Source of the DNA: a virus
Lineage: Duplodnaviria > Heunggongvirae > Uroviricota > Caudoviricetes
Reading direction: 5' to 3' (one strand)
IMG/VR virus record: IMGVR_UViG_3300042922_000323
Span: 1-60,976 of that record
DNA: 60,976 nucleotides
In this document: positions 27,107-35,839 of the stretch, one piece after another
How the letters are laid out: each line of letters starts with the position of its first letter
Numbering within the stretch: the stretch's first letter is position 1
Position numbers and translations under genes: made by a program
Notes under the pieces: model-generated
Told to the model about the DNA's origin: nothing
The model's input: only the letters and a program-made list of their open reading frames with translations
Database searches by the model: none

Positions 27107-27281
27107 TTATTGACCCCACCTTTTCCCATATAACGAGGTTTGGTGAAAATCGTGCTCTACGTAGTCTTTCAGGTTCGTTATCAAAAACGAAAGTCCAATT
27201 ATCGAAACTATTGTATGCTACAACAGTGCCATAGTCTTTGTGCTTTGCTGAATAAAACCTATCACCTGACATAATGTTCAT
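27099..27281 (-). CDS. hypothetical protein
   Basis: 60 aa. Confidence 0.5.
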   Translation of the reverse strand: MNIMSGDRFYSAKHKDYGTVVAYNSFDNWTFVFDNEPERLRRARFSPNLVIWEKVGSING

Positions 27282-27296
27282 AATTGAACTCCTCCC

Positions 27297-27575
27297 TTAC
27301 ACAAGAGCCTTAAATTCGCTCTTATACTCTCTCACTTTTTCCTGTCTTGCTTTTAATGTTCTTTCAGGTACTTTCACCATTCCAAGTTCAACCAACTTAC
27401 GGAAGTTTCTTGTAATTGTCTCTGCGGAGGTTGCCGCCGAAACTGCTTCGACCGAGGTAGCATTGTCATACACTACCCAGTAGTGAGCACACAAGTCATT
27501 ATAGTTCTCAGCTAAGCTTGGAAAAGCTTTCAACATGTCCAATAAATTCCTTTTTACATTTTTGTGGTCTGTCAT
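27297..27575 (-). CDS. hypothetical protein, possible winged helix
   Basis: SAETITRNFRKL motif. Confidence 0.6.
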   Translation of the reverse strand: MTDHKNVKRNLLDMLKAFPSLAENYNDLCAHYWVVYDNATSVEAVSAATSAETITRNFRKLVELGMVKVPERTLKARQEKVREYKSEFKALV

Positions 27576-27612
27576 TATTAATCCCCCTTATCGGTTATCA
27601 TCTTTACATAGT

Positions 27613-27642
27613 ACTTATACGCAACCGTGTATCCCCAGTTAA
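27613..27642 (-). promoter_or_regulatory. phage-specific (middle) promoter motif
   Basis: TTAACT-N15-CGTATAAGT. Confidence 0.8.
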
Positions 27643-27650
27643 ATGAAATT

Positions 27651-28481
27651 TTAATCTTTTTTATCTTGGTCTTTCTTACAGTACTTCTTATAAGCACAGA
27701 ACCTACAATTTTCCTCAGACTCCTCTTTTGGAGGTAACTCTCCTCTGAGGTAGTAATCCTCAATCGAGTTAATTCTCCTAACTACCCAATCAAGTTGTTC
27801 CTGTGTATATTCAATGAAGAAAGTCTTCCAGTGTTGCGTATTCTTGTCTATGTAGTGGAACATAACTGGAAGTCCCCCCAAGCATAGTGAGTATATTGCT
27901 CCCTGCTTAATGTGGTCTTTCATTGGGTATATCAATGGGTCATATTTCTCATGTTTAGCTGTCTTAAACTCATATAGGAAGTCTCTTCCCATAAAATTCA
28001 TACAGCCATCTATCATAGCTGAAATTGGAATTTCTTTAGTCCACCGTCTATCAACAAACTTAATTTCTATCGGTGAGTTTTGGTGTTCTGTAATAAACTC
28101 AATACCATCTTTACCATATACCGATAGTTCTTCTTTAGGGACAAGAGAAAGCTTGTATCTCTTATCTTTACTCATTGGAGTCAGTATATCGTCTTGAATC
28201 CAACTATGTGTGTTAGAACCAATCTCTGTCCACCGCTCACTTATAGGTGTTGGGTTATCCGTGAACGAAAACTGGTTTAAAAAATACCATACATTTCTCT
28301 GACAGTGGTAATAGGAGGAGGGCTGAAATGCAACCCTCTTTTTCCTATTCTTCTCTGTCCTAGCTTCTACCCTTGACTTAACTAGGTAGCTATCTATCTC
28401 TGAAAGGAATTGCAGGTTAAAAGGTTCATCAGCCTTCGCCTGTTCCTTCTTAACTTGTTTAGCTAGGTTCTTTAAACTCAC
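27651..28481 (-). CDS. Cas4-like / PD-(D/E)xK exonuclease with 4-Cys motif
   Basis: PSS..CQR, G...H, IDG..EFKT, QG.IY, C.FC.YK.YC. Confidence 0.85.
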   Translation of the reverse strand: MSLKNLAKQVKKEQAKADEPFNLQFLSEIDSYLVKSRVEARTEKNRKKRVAFQPSSYYHCQRNVWYFLNQFSFTDNPTPISERWTEIGSNTHSWIQDDILTPMSKDKRYKLSLVPKEELSVYGKDGIEFITEHQNSPIEIKFVDRRWTKEIPISAMIDGCMNFMGRDFLYEFKTAKHEKYDPLIYPMKDHIKQGAIYSLCLGGLPVMFHYIDKNTQHWKTFFIEYTQEQLDWVVRRINSIEDYYLRGELPPKEESEENCRFCAYKKYCKKDQDKKD

Positions 28482-30787
28482 GCTACATTCTCCTCTTCTT
28501 CATCATCTGTTTCCTCGTCACCGAGAACCATGAGTCTTGCGAGGTCATCTTCTGACATTTTCTGACCCCACTTAACGCCAACTTCAATATCAGACTTCAA
28601 CCCACAATCAAGTGGCAATGCAGTACACATAATATTTGAAAGTTTACGTAAGTTGTCAATGCCAATGTTCTCAGGAACATCAAAAATAATTTCATCATGC
28701 ACCCAAAGAACTATATGGCAGTCCATTTCTGCAAGTAGTGGTTGTAACTTAATGGAAGCCAGTTTTACCATATCTGCGGAAGAGCCTTGTATAACGGCAT
28801 TTATACCCATTCTCCAACCACTTTCCATCATCCAACGCTTGCCAGAATCCATTTCGTTATACACTCTGCGCTTACGTCCTAGCATAGTTTCGGTGTACTT
28901 AACTTTCAGCATTTTTTCCCTCTGCTCTTGCATCCACTTTTTAACACCTGGGTAACTATCGAAGTACCCTGCTACGTATAACTCAGCTTCTTCCAAGGAA
29001 ATTTCAAGGGTATCCGCCAACCTTGGAGCTTGCATACCGTATATAATACCGAAGTTAACAACTTTAGCGTTCTTACGTGTCTTTTCAAAGTCATGACCTA
29101 CATCAGCCCATCTTTGCAGTCCGCATATGCCTTCTTTAGAGACAAATTCTGCATCAAGTTTACCCTGTTCTACAAGGTGAGCTACGTACTCGTCTGTAAA
29201 CCGCTCTTTTAGGAGGTTTCCGTCTGCATCTCTAAATAAGTCGCTTACTTCTCTACCCAACTGGAATTGCTCATAAGTTACAACAAACTCAGGGTTCTTT
29301 CTGTTCCACATACCGGTAGCTGTCATGGAGTGAATATCCCCGCCGCTACGGTAAATGTTAAGCATAGTTTCGTCCTGAGAAACATGAGCTAGTACTCTTA
29401 ACTCTTGCTGAGAGAAGTCACAGCTTGCCAGTAGTCTTCCAGGTCTAGCAACAAAGGCATTTCTTATTAAGCCACCTACCTTCGCAGGTATCTGTTGAAG
29501 GTTAGGGTTATTACAAGACATACGACCTGTCTTTGTGCCTACTGGGTTAAACGAGGTATGAATCAGCCCATTTACAATCATTTCAGGCAACTTATCAGCA
29601 AAGGCAGTTTTAAGCTTAACCTTTTCTCTGAAAGCAAGGAGCATACCCGCTACAGGGTGTTCCTTTTTAAGTTTCTTCAAAGTTTTCTTATCAGTGCTGC
29701 TAGGCTTGTCTTTATTAACCCTTGGAAGTTTCAACTTAATATACAGTGCATCAGACAACTGTGCAGGAGAGTTAATATTAATCTCGCCTGTGTAAGCCCA
29801 AATCTTCTGCCTTAACTCCTCAACATCTTTCTTCAACTGAGTAGCTACAGCATCTTTAAGATAAGGAGCATCAAGCGGAACACCTCTCGCTTCTGCGTTA
29901 TGAACCACCTTCACAAAAGGCATTTCAATGTTGAACATGAGGTTATTAATTTTTTCAAGTTGTGTCTTCTGCAAGAACTTAATTTGGAACTCGTACATTC
30001 TATAAGTAAGTTCTGTATCTTTAGTCGCATAATATGTTGCAAGGTTTCCTGTGTTGGTAAACTTATTCAATAATATAGGTACTTTATTGAATGTAACCTT
30101 ACCAAACAATGCTCCGAACTTATCAGCTTCAACCTTTAGATAGTATGGTGCTATGTCTTTTAGGGCTTTACTTTGGTTTTCATCAAGTAAAGCTTGTGCA
30201 ATCATAGTATCGTAATAAGGGATAACCATAATGCCCATCCATAATCTAAGAACATGCATATCGAACTTGGCATTATGAAACAGGTACTTCTTGCCCCCAT
30301 CTTCTAATAAGGGTTTTAAAACTTCGGCAACTATATCTCTAGGCAGACAACTTACAAAATCAATACCTACTACCTTGTCAGCTATGTCCCCTATACCAGG
30401 TAACTTCTCAACAAGACCGTACTCATGATTACGAATATCCTCGTCATGCTTCAAAGGTATGTAGTAACCTTGATGTGGGGCGTAGAATGAGATACCAACT
30501 ATTTCATGTATCCAAGGGTTTACACCCATTGTTTCGGTATCTACTGCCACCATATCTTGTTTAGAAAGCCATTGAGTTAACTCAGCAAGGTCTTCCATTG
30601 TCCATACTGTTTTATAATGGTCAGGCAAGATTGTATTATTTGCCATTTCTTTTATCTGTTGTTCTTTCTTTGTAAGCTTGTGTACAGCTTTGGTCTGTAC
30701 ACCTTCTTTAGCCTTACGCTTTTTCTTTTGAGCTTTCTCCTCCCTACTATCAAGGAGACCACTAATATCAGCGAGTACTTCCGCCAC
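28478..30787 (-). CDS. polA: family A DNA polymerase with 3'-5' exonuclease
   Basis: VDTET, HNAKFD, TGRMS..NPNLQQIP, DFSQQELRVLAH, RKNAKVVNFGIIYG, VHDE. Confidence 0.97.
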   Translation of the reverse strand: MAEVLADISGLLDSREEKAQKKKRKAKEGVQTKAVHKLTKKEQQIKEMANNTILPDHYKTVWTMEDLAELTQWLSKQDMVAVDTETMGVNPWIHEIVGISFYAPHQGYYIPLKHDEDIRNHEYGLVEKLPGIGDIADKVVGIDFVSCLPRDIVAEVLKPLLEDGGKKYLFHNAKFDMHVLRLWMGIMVIPYYDTMIAQALLDENQSKALKDIAPYYLKVEADKFGALFGKVTFNKVPILLNKFTNTGNLATYYATKDTELTYRMYEFQIKFLQKTQLEKINNLMFNIEMPFVKVVHNAEARGVPLDAPYLKDAVATQLKKDVEELRQKIWAYTGEININSPAQLSDALYIKLKLPRVNKDKPSSTDKKTLKKLKKEHPVAGMLLAFREKVKLKTAFADKLPEMIVNGLIHTSFNPVGTKTGRMSCNNPNLQQIPAKVGGLIRNAFVARPGRLLASCDFSQQELRVLAHVSQDETMLNIYRSGGDIHSMTATGMWNRKNPEFVVTYEQFQLGREVSDLFRDADGNLLKERFTDEYVAHLVEQGKLDAEFVSKEGICGLQRWADVGHDFEKTRKNAKVVNFGIIYGMQAPRLADTLEISLEEAELYVAGYFDSYPGVKKWMQEQREKMLKVKYTETMLGRKRRVYNEMDSGKRWMMESGWRMGINAVIQGSSADMVKLASIKLQPLLAEMDCHIVLWVHDEIIFDVPENIGIDNLRKLSNIMCTALPLDCGLKSDIEVGVKWGQKMSEDDLARLMVLGDEETDDEEEENVA

Positions 30788-30804
30788 AATACCACCCCCA
30801 TGAA

Positions 30805-30834
30805 ACTTATACGTTTCAACCTGTTATGAGTTAA
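30805..30834 (-). promoter_or_regulatory. phage-specific (middle) promoter motif
   Basis: TTAACT-N15-CGTATAAGT. Confidence 0.8.
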
Positions 30835-30865
30835 AAAGTCCCCCAAGTATCACAAGGGGGACTTT
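30835..30865 (-). terminator. terminator after ssb
   Basis: AAAGTCCCCC-loop-GGGGGACTTT. Confidence 0.8.
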
Positions 30866-30886
30866 AGGTGTACTGCTAATTAAAGC

Positions 30887-31432
30887 TTAGAACGGTGGCT
30901 CGTCATCTTCGTTATTACTAGTTCCACCAGTAATTCCTGAGTTCATAAGAGCCAAAATAGACTCTTTAGTTGAAGGTGTTACCATTGCTTCAATATCAGG
31001 AAGTTCAACTTCTTCAAAGTCAAATGCTTCAATATCTCTAGCAAAGAACTCATATGTAGTATCGAGTTTCTCACCACTACGAACAATTTTGAAATCTCTC
31101 TTTGTTACATCACCATACTCTTCAACCTGAGTAAGTAGTCTCTTAAAGGTCTTCTTAGAAGCCTTAAAAATCTTGACCTTTCCATCTGCTCTATCGAGCA
31201 CTGGAATGTATGCTTTAAATGAAGGGTACTTACCTGCTGCACATATAGGGCAGTTGTTTTTACCTGGGCAACATACTGTCTTCCAATTTCCTGCGAACTG
31301 TTCCGTGTGTTCATAAGCCGCCATCACTTCATCAATGGGCACAAGTATTCTTACCACAACACTTTTGTTGTTCTCCAATTTCAGAAAGTTTGCACTGTTT
31401 TTAAGTGCTTCGGTCATTGCGTTAAAAGCCAT
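30887..31432 (-). CDS. phage single-stranded DNA-binding protein (gp32-like)
   Basis: FLKL..VRIL, C.CPIC, acidic aromatic tail DDEPPF. Confidence 0.8.
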   Translation of the reverse strand: MAFNAMTEALKNSANFLKLENNKSVVVRILVPIDEVMAAYEHTEQFAGNWKTVCCPGKNNCPICAAGKYPSFKAYIPVLDRADGKVKIFKASKKTFKRLLTQVEEYGDVTKRDFKIVRSGEKLDTTYEFFARDIEAFDFEEVELPDIEAMVTPSTKESILALMNSGITGGTSNNEDDEPPF

Positions 31433-31489
31433 AGTCTCATTCTCCTTTTAATTTGTTATTCGTATTTGGGTTATCTTCCCTTACAAAGT

Positions 31490-31598
31490 ACTTATACGTG
31501 CAAACCAGTCCCCAGTTAAATGCTTTTTAAAATGTTTTTCGACAAATTCTGCACAGTATTTTCATAGTACTTATACGCAACAAAAAAGCCAGAGTTAA
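31490..31598 (-). promoter_or_regulatory. tandem middle promoters with a Spo0A box between
   Basis: Motif at 31490-31519 and 31569-31598; TGTCGAA (minus) at 31538-31544. Confidence 0.75.
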
Positions 31599-31626
31599 GT
31601 GCACTCTGGCTTGTTATATGTAAAAT

Positions 31627-32199
31627 TTAAGCGTCTTCATATTTCTTAATAACACCTTTCCATAACTGACTAATGCGAGCCTTGGTTAGTCCAAGCATTG
31701 TAGCTATTTCGGTAAACTCATACCCCGCACAACGGAGTTTGAATATCTGTTTCTCCCTGTCATTGAGACCAATGTTCTCCATAAAATCTATCTCATACTC
31801 AGAACAACCATAATCTCCGTCAACGCTTTTTAATACAGCATTGCTTTTATGGGTACTGCCACTATCATTACTAATATCTTCGGGAGATTCAACTAGCTCA
31901 ACAGCTAAACAAAGTGGCATGTTGGTCTTTGCTTTCCTAAGACAATCCCTTATTCTATTATTAATAACATTCTCAAAGAATGTACTGGCTTTAGCCCTTG
32001 AACTGTCATATGCATCTACTGCTCTATATACAGAGAGTAGTACTTCTTGAACTACGTCTTCCTTTTCCATACCTACGAAGTCTGTAGCATGTATTTTAAC
32101 CTCGCACATTTCCTTTGCTTTAGTTAAAAATTTGTCCATATCACCGACTGCAAGTAATTCATCATAACCCATCGACACAGTATAACTCACAAAATACAC
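31627..32199 (-). CDS. ECF/SigH-like RNA polymerase sigma factor
   Basis: EDVVQEV.L..Y.A...YD....STF...I.NRI.D.LR; L.DREK.IF.L...GY...EIA.MLG. Confidence 0.85.
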   Translation of the reverse strand: MYFVSYTVSMGYDELLAVGDMDKFLTKAKEMCEVKIHATDFVGMEKEDVVQEVLLSVYRAVDAYDSSRAKASTFFENVINNRIRDCLRKAKTNMPLCLAVELVESPEDISNDSGSTHKSNAVLKSVDGDYGCSEYEIDFMENIGLNDREKQIFKLRCAGYEFTEIATMLGLTKARISQLWKGVIKKYEDA

Positions 32200-32209
32200 T
32201 CTCCTTTAA

Positions 32210-33277
32210 TTATTTAATATTATATAAAAATTCCTTATTAAGCTCACTTCTATATTCTTCAAATGTTATCTTTTCAACTTGTTTTAGTAAGCCCGCTTTT
32301 AATAAGTCATTTGCATCTTTGAACTGGATTTCTTCCTCGTCCAGTGTGTCAATACCATACCTGGCACATGGATACTTAATTACATTCACCCTTATTGGAG
32401 AATGTGTAGTAATCATGTTGTATGCTTGTAGGTTTGCTCTAACACCCCAGTAATCATTATCTAGGAACAGGTTAACAGTCTTTATATCTGCTTTCATAAG
32501 TTCTTGTACTTGCTCTTTAAATACTATCCTTCCAAGGATAGCCCCCGCAGGTATTCCTCCTTGGTAGCAAGCCATTGTGTCTGTTTCTGACTCATTTAAT
32601 GCAATCTCGGTAATATGTATGTTTGCCTGTTTAATATAGTATAGACCGTATACTATATCTTTCTTATCAAGGTTCTTCTCATTTAAAAAACCTTTTCTAC
32701 CGACAAACCTTCTTTTAACAAATCTTATTCTGCCATCAGAGGTTCTTATAGGAATTACCATAGATTGAGTTTGTTCATCAAACCCTATCTCGTACTTATC
32801 AAGTACCCTATCCTTAAATCCTCTGCTGTACATATAAGGGTGTCTCTTTCCTATATATTGTGCTATTTCTTCTTCTAAGTGGGAGCACCTTCTATCTTGA
32901 CTCTTCTTATCCAGTATAGCTTCAAGGTCAAGCTTGGGTCTCTGCTCTGCTGATAAAACTACGAAGTTTTTAAGGAGGAATTGCTCTCCCACAACTTCAT
33001 TTTTAAACCCACAGCAATGGGCTACTAATTGGGGCAAATTTCCAGTTTTTCCACAACTGAAACATTGGAATGTGTAAGGATAACTTGTCAGTATTCCAAA
33101 AGAAGGAGTACTCTCTTCTTCATAAGGACAACAACACATTAAGTTATCTCCGCTTGCTTTTACTTTGGTAAGAGCCGTTGTATTGCATTTGGCTTGACCA
33201 GACTCTTCATAATAAAGTCTTAACTCTTGTATTACTTCATCGATGTCTAAATATATTGTTGATAATATTGTGCCCAT
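32210..33277 (-). CDS. dnaG: DNA primase (CHC2 Zn finger + TOPRIM)
   Basis: CCPY...PSF...CFSCG, ESETD, FLDND. Confidence 0.9.
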   Translation of the reverse strand: MGTILSTIYLDIDEVIQELRLYYEESGQAKCNTTALTKVKASGDNLMCCCPYEEESTPSFGILTSYPYTFQCFSCGKTGNLPQLVAHCCGFKNEVVGEQFLLKNFVVLSAEQRPKLDLEAILDKKSQDRRCSHLEEEIAQYIGKRHPYMYSRGFKDRVLDKYEIGFDEQTQSMVIPIRTSDGRIRFVKRRFVGRKGFLNEKNLDKKDIVYGLYYIKQANIHITEIALNESETDTMACYQGGIPAGAILGRIVFKEQVQELMKADIKTVNLFLDNDYWGVRANLQAYNMITTHSPIRVNVIKYPCARYGIDTLDEEEIQFKDANDLLKAGLLKQVEKITFEEYRSELNKEFLYNIK

Positions 33278-33298
33278 TTTTTTCCACCTCTCGCCATT

Positions 33299-33344
33299 AT
33301 ATTACAACTTTCGACAAATAGTGTCAACCCTTTTTCGACAAATT
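33299..33344 (-). promoter_or_regulatory. SigA-type promoter flanked by two Spo0A boxes
   Basis: TTGACA 33323-33328, TAATAAT -10 region ~33299-33305; ATTTGTCGAAA at 33310-33320 and 33334-33344. Confidence 0.75.
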
Positions 33345-33490
33345 ATGGAATATTTTTTCTAAAGATTGGAAATATAGGAATATGGGAAGCCCCAAACGCA
33401 GTGGGCTTCCCTGTAGACAAGTAATAAGAAATTTTTTTTATCTTTCTCACCTACTAGAATACCCTGCCGTAATAGGTAAACCAATGTCAG

Positions 33491-34051
33491 TTATTGGTTT
33501 ATCAAATAGCGGTAAGCATCTAGCTGTCTTTGGTATTCTTCTGTCTTATGAAACCCGCACGACTTATACTCAAAACAGTGACCCCTGTATATGCAGTCAG
33601 GTACACTTACGCTGTATAATTCGGGTTGTTCTTCCTTTATACTTTCAAGTACTTCCTTCCATGCTTCCCGTGTCTCAGGTGAAGCCAGAAAGCATAATCT
33701 CTTCCTTGAAATATTTATAAATGCCTGCGGGTTCGCTGCAAACTCATGTTCAACAGGAGCACCCTGTGGTATTACATCTCTATTCTCACCCGTTCGGTCA
33801 GTTCTCTGAGTTCGCACCCAATGGATAATACCAAGCCAGTGTCTGACAAAATGAACACTTACCCAATAAGGTATTTCATACCATTTACACTTTAAATTTA
33901 ACTGCCTTATAGGAGAATGTTCACATAATAACATTCTTCTTTTCCACTCAGAGGAAGGTTCACCTTCCCCTGCTTCTTTATGTATAGTAGTTCTGGCAGA
34001 ATCAGCAACGTCCCGCCATGTTCCATTCATACCAAGAAATTTAACCCGCAT
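33491..34051 (-). CDS. thyX: flavin-dependent thymidylate synthase
   Basis: EHSPIR, H..RH..., TQR.DR, SRKRLC, C.YRG.C.E. Confidence 0.88.
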   Translation of the reverse strand: MRVKFLGMNGTWRDVADSARTTIHKEAGEGEPSSEWKRRMLLCEHSPIRQLNLKCKWYEIPYWVSVHFVRHWLGIIHWVRTQRTDRTGENRDVIPQGAPVEHEFAANPQAFINISRKRLCFLASPETREAWKEVLESIKEEQPELYSVSVPDCIYRGHCFEYKSCGFHKTEEYQRQLDAYRYLINQ

Positions 34052-34229
34052 TTACTTTAGCCCCCTTGTTTAAGAAGCTAAAAGCAATCATTTTCTTCCA
34101 TGACCCAACACCGTGCTGTTCAGTAACATACTTCTTAGCAATGTACATCAAGTCCTTATTATCAATAGCTTCTAATAAGGTTGTAAAAACATCGTCCCTG
34201 TCAAATGCATAAGTAATCCTATAGGTCAT
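34041..34229 (-). CDS. hypothetical protein
   Basis: 62 aa. Confidence 0.5.
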   Translation of the reverse strand: MTYRITYAFDRDDVFTTLLEAIDNKDLMYIAKKYVTEQHGVGSWKKMIAFSFLNKGAKVNAG

Positions 34230-34573
34230 AATAAATTTCCTCCGCTTATATTAAGTATGTACCTTGACATGTATGCTACAGGCTTGTCTGTCTTTTCAGC
34301 ATAGGCAATCTCACGTTTAGTGCTTTCGCCAATATAACCATCCTTATCAATAACAAATATACCATCTGAAAGGTCAATCTTTCTAAGGTGTAATTCGTCA
34401 AGCATTTCTTTTACAGAATCATCAATAGTTACTCCGTATTCACCATCAGCGTGACCAAACAATCCCACGCTAATAATTATGTGCCCCATCAATGTAAGCA
34501 ATTTCTGCCACTGCATAAACTCTTCTTTAAACTTAGTAGAACCACACAAGGTAACAACCTTTGGCTTATCCAT
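34226..34573 (-). CDS. Rossmann-like protein, nucleoside deoxyribosyltransferase-like (DUF4406-type)
   Basis: TLCGS.KF, H.RKIDLSD.IFVI...GYIGEST.REI.YA. Confidence 0.6.
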   Translation of the reverse strand: MDKPKVVTLCGSTKFKEEFMQWQKLLTLMGHIIISVGLFGHADGEYGVTIDDSVKEMLDELHLRKIDLSDGIFVIDKDGYIGESTKREIAYAEKTDKPVAYMSRYILNISGGNLL

Positions 34574-34585
34574 TATATTTCCCCC

Positions 34586-35839
34586 TTAAAATACCAGTGT
34601 CTCAGGGAAATTTTCTTCCCATACACCTGTGTCTAAATTAGCTTTCATAAATATATCTTGGTCTTTCTTTCCGCCCCTGTTCTTCTTTAGAGACATCTTG
34701 AAAGTGTCAGTAAGTAATCTCAGAGTCAGTACCCTTGTAGCTTTCTGAGCAGGGTTGTCAGACTCTTGTATATCAAACAGTTCAGGAGTAGCATTTGGGT
34801 CTTTCTTAGCTTCCTTCGCCGCATTTCTTCCCGCCTGTGCTATGAGCATCATAGGTGTTTGTGTATAAAGGTTGGTATCTCTAACACCATTGGTAACCCT
34901 GACTATTCTCTTACGAATGTCACTTTCGCTCGTACCATCGGACAGGTCATACAACTGGTCAATCACTATGAAACCAGGTCTCTCAGACTCTATGACTGCT
35001 CTTATATCCAATGGAGTAAATGGCTTACCCCCATTAGCTTCCTGAGAAAGGATTAGGAAACTTGTGTCCTTCTTCTTTAGCTCATTTAGATATTCAAGAT
35101 ACAGCTCATGGTCTGGTAACTTACCATCATTCAGTGCTCTGTTGGAGAAATGTGCTCTCAGTGTGTCCAAACGGAACGATACTTCTAACTCGGGCATTTC
35201 TGTGGTTATGTATATAACAGGAGCATTTACATTTGCTATCTGTAAAGCTCTCCATGCGTGGTATGCAAAATACCCGCCCACCATAGATTTACCTTCATTA
35301 GTTCTAGCCGCTAACAGTACAAGGTCATCGTTTCTCCATCCACCTGTTAAATCATCAAGGGTTCGTATACCTGTAGGTAACCCCCACAGTCCTGTGTGCC
35401 CATGACGTTTCATGTACTCTGTGTATCTGTCATCTGCGTTCTTAACCCAGTCATACCTTGACGTTTTACCTGTGAAGTTCTTTAGCATACCATCAAGGTC
35501 AGTCTTCATTTTCATCATGGCTTCAATGGTCTTGCCATCTGAAACCAATCCTGCGTTCTCCGTGAGCAGTGGTCTATACTCCATGTACGCCTTTTGCTCT
35601 TTTAACACATTAACTAAGTAGCTTATAGGTTCAAGACTAGTTAATGGTTGGAAATCATCAAACTCTAACGCTACGGTGTTCGATGTTGGTAACTGCCCGT
35701 GCTGTTTATGGAATCTATCAATCCATTCATACTCGTCTTTAAGGACTATGAAGTATGAATTGTCAATCCCATTTTTCATAAGGAAGCCGTAATCTTGCGA
35801 ATTTAACCAATGGTTAAGTAATTGTAATTCCTCTATCAA
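34586..35839 (-). CDS. dnaB: replicative DnaB-like helicase
   Basis: LPTG..LD..TGG, AARTNEGKS, ITTEM, IDQL, QAGR, IQESD. Confidence 0.92.
   Translation of the reverse strand: MIEELQLLNHWLNSQDYGFLMKNGIDNSYFIVLKDEYEWIDRFHKQHGQLPTSNTVALEFDDFQPLTSLEPISYLVNVLKEQKAYMEYRPLLTENAGLVSDGKTIEAMMKMKTDLDGMLKNFTGKTSRYDWVKNADDRYTEYMKRHGHTGLWGLPTGIRTLDDLTGGWRNDDLVLLAARTNEGKSMVGGYFAYHAWRALQIANVNAPVIYITTEMPELEVSFRLDTLRAHFSNRALNDGKLPDHELYLEYLNELKKKDTSFLILSQEANGGKPFTPLDIRAVIESERPGFIVIDQLYDLSDGTSESDIRKRIVRVTNGVRDTNLYTQTPMMLIAQAGRNAAKEAKKDPNATPELFDIQESDNPAQKATRVLTLRLLTDTFKMSLKKNRGGKKDQDIFMKANLDTGVWEENFPETLVF

Noticed and set aside
27651-28481. CRISPR-Cas locus
   Set aside because: No repeat-spacer array or other cas genes seen.
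24953-30787. 2-aminoadenine (Z) or other modified-base genome, suggested by the HD nucleotidase plus PolA
   Set aside because: No PurZ/MazZ or base-modifying enzymes seen; YfbR-like HD genes are common in unmodified phages.
19230-30787. Inteins or group I introns in nrdD, recA, polA
   Set aside because: ORFs are continuous and of normal length, with no intein termini or homing endonuclease motifs.
33386-33413. GGGAAGCCC/GGGCTTCCC hairpin as ncRNA or riboswitch
   Set aside because: No aptamer features; more simply a weak terminator of the thyX operon.
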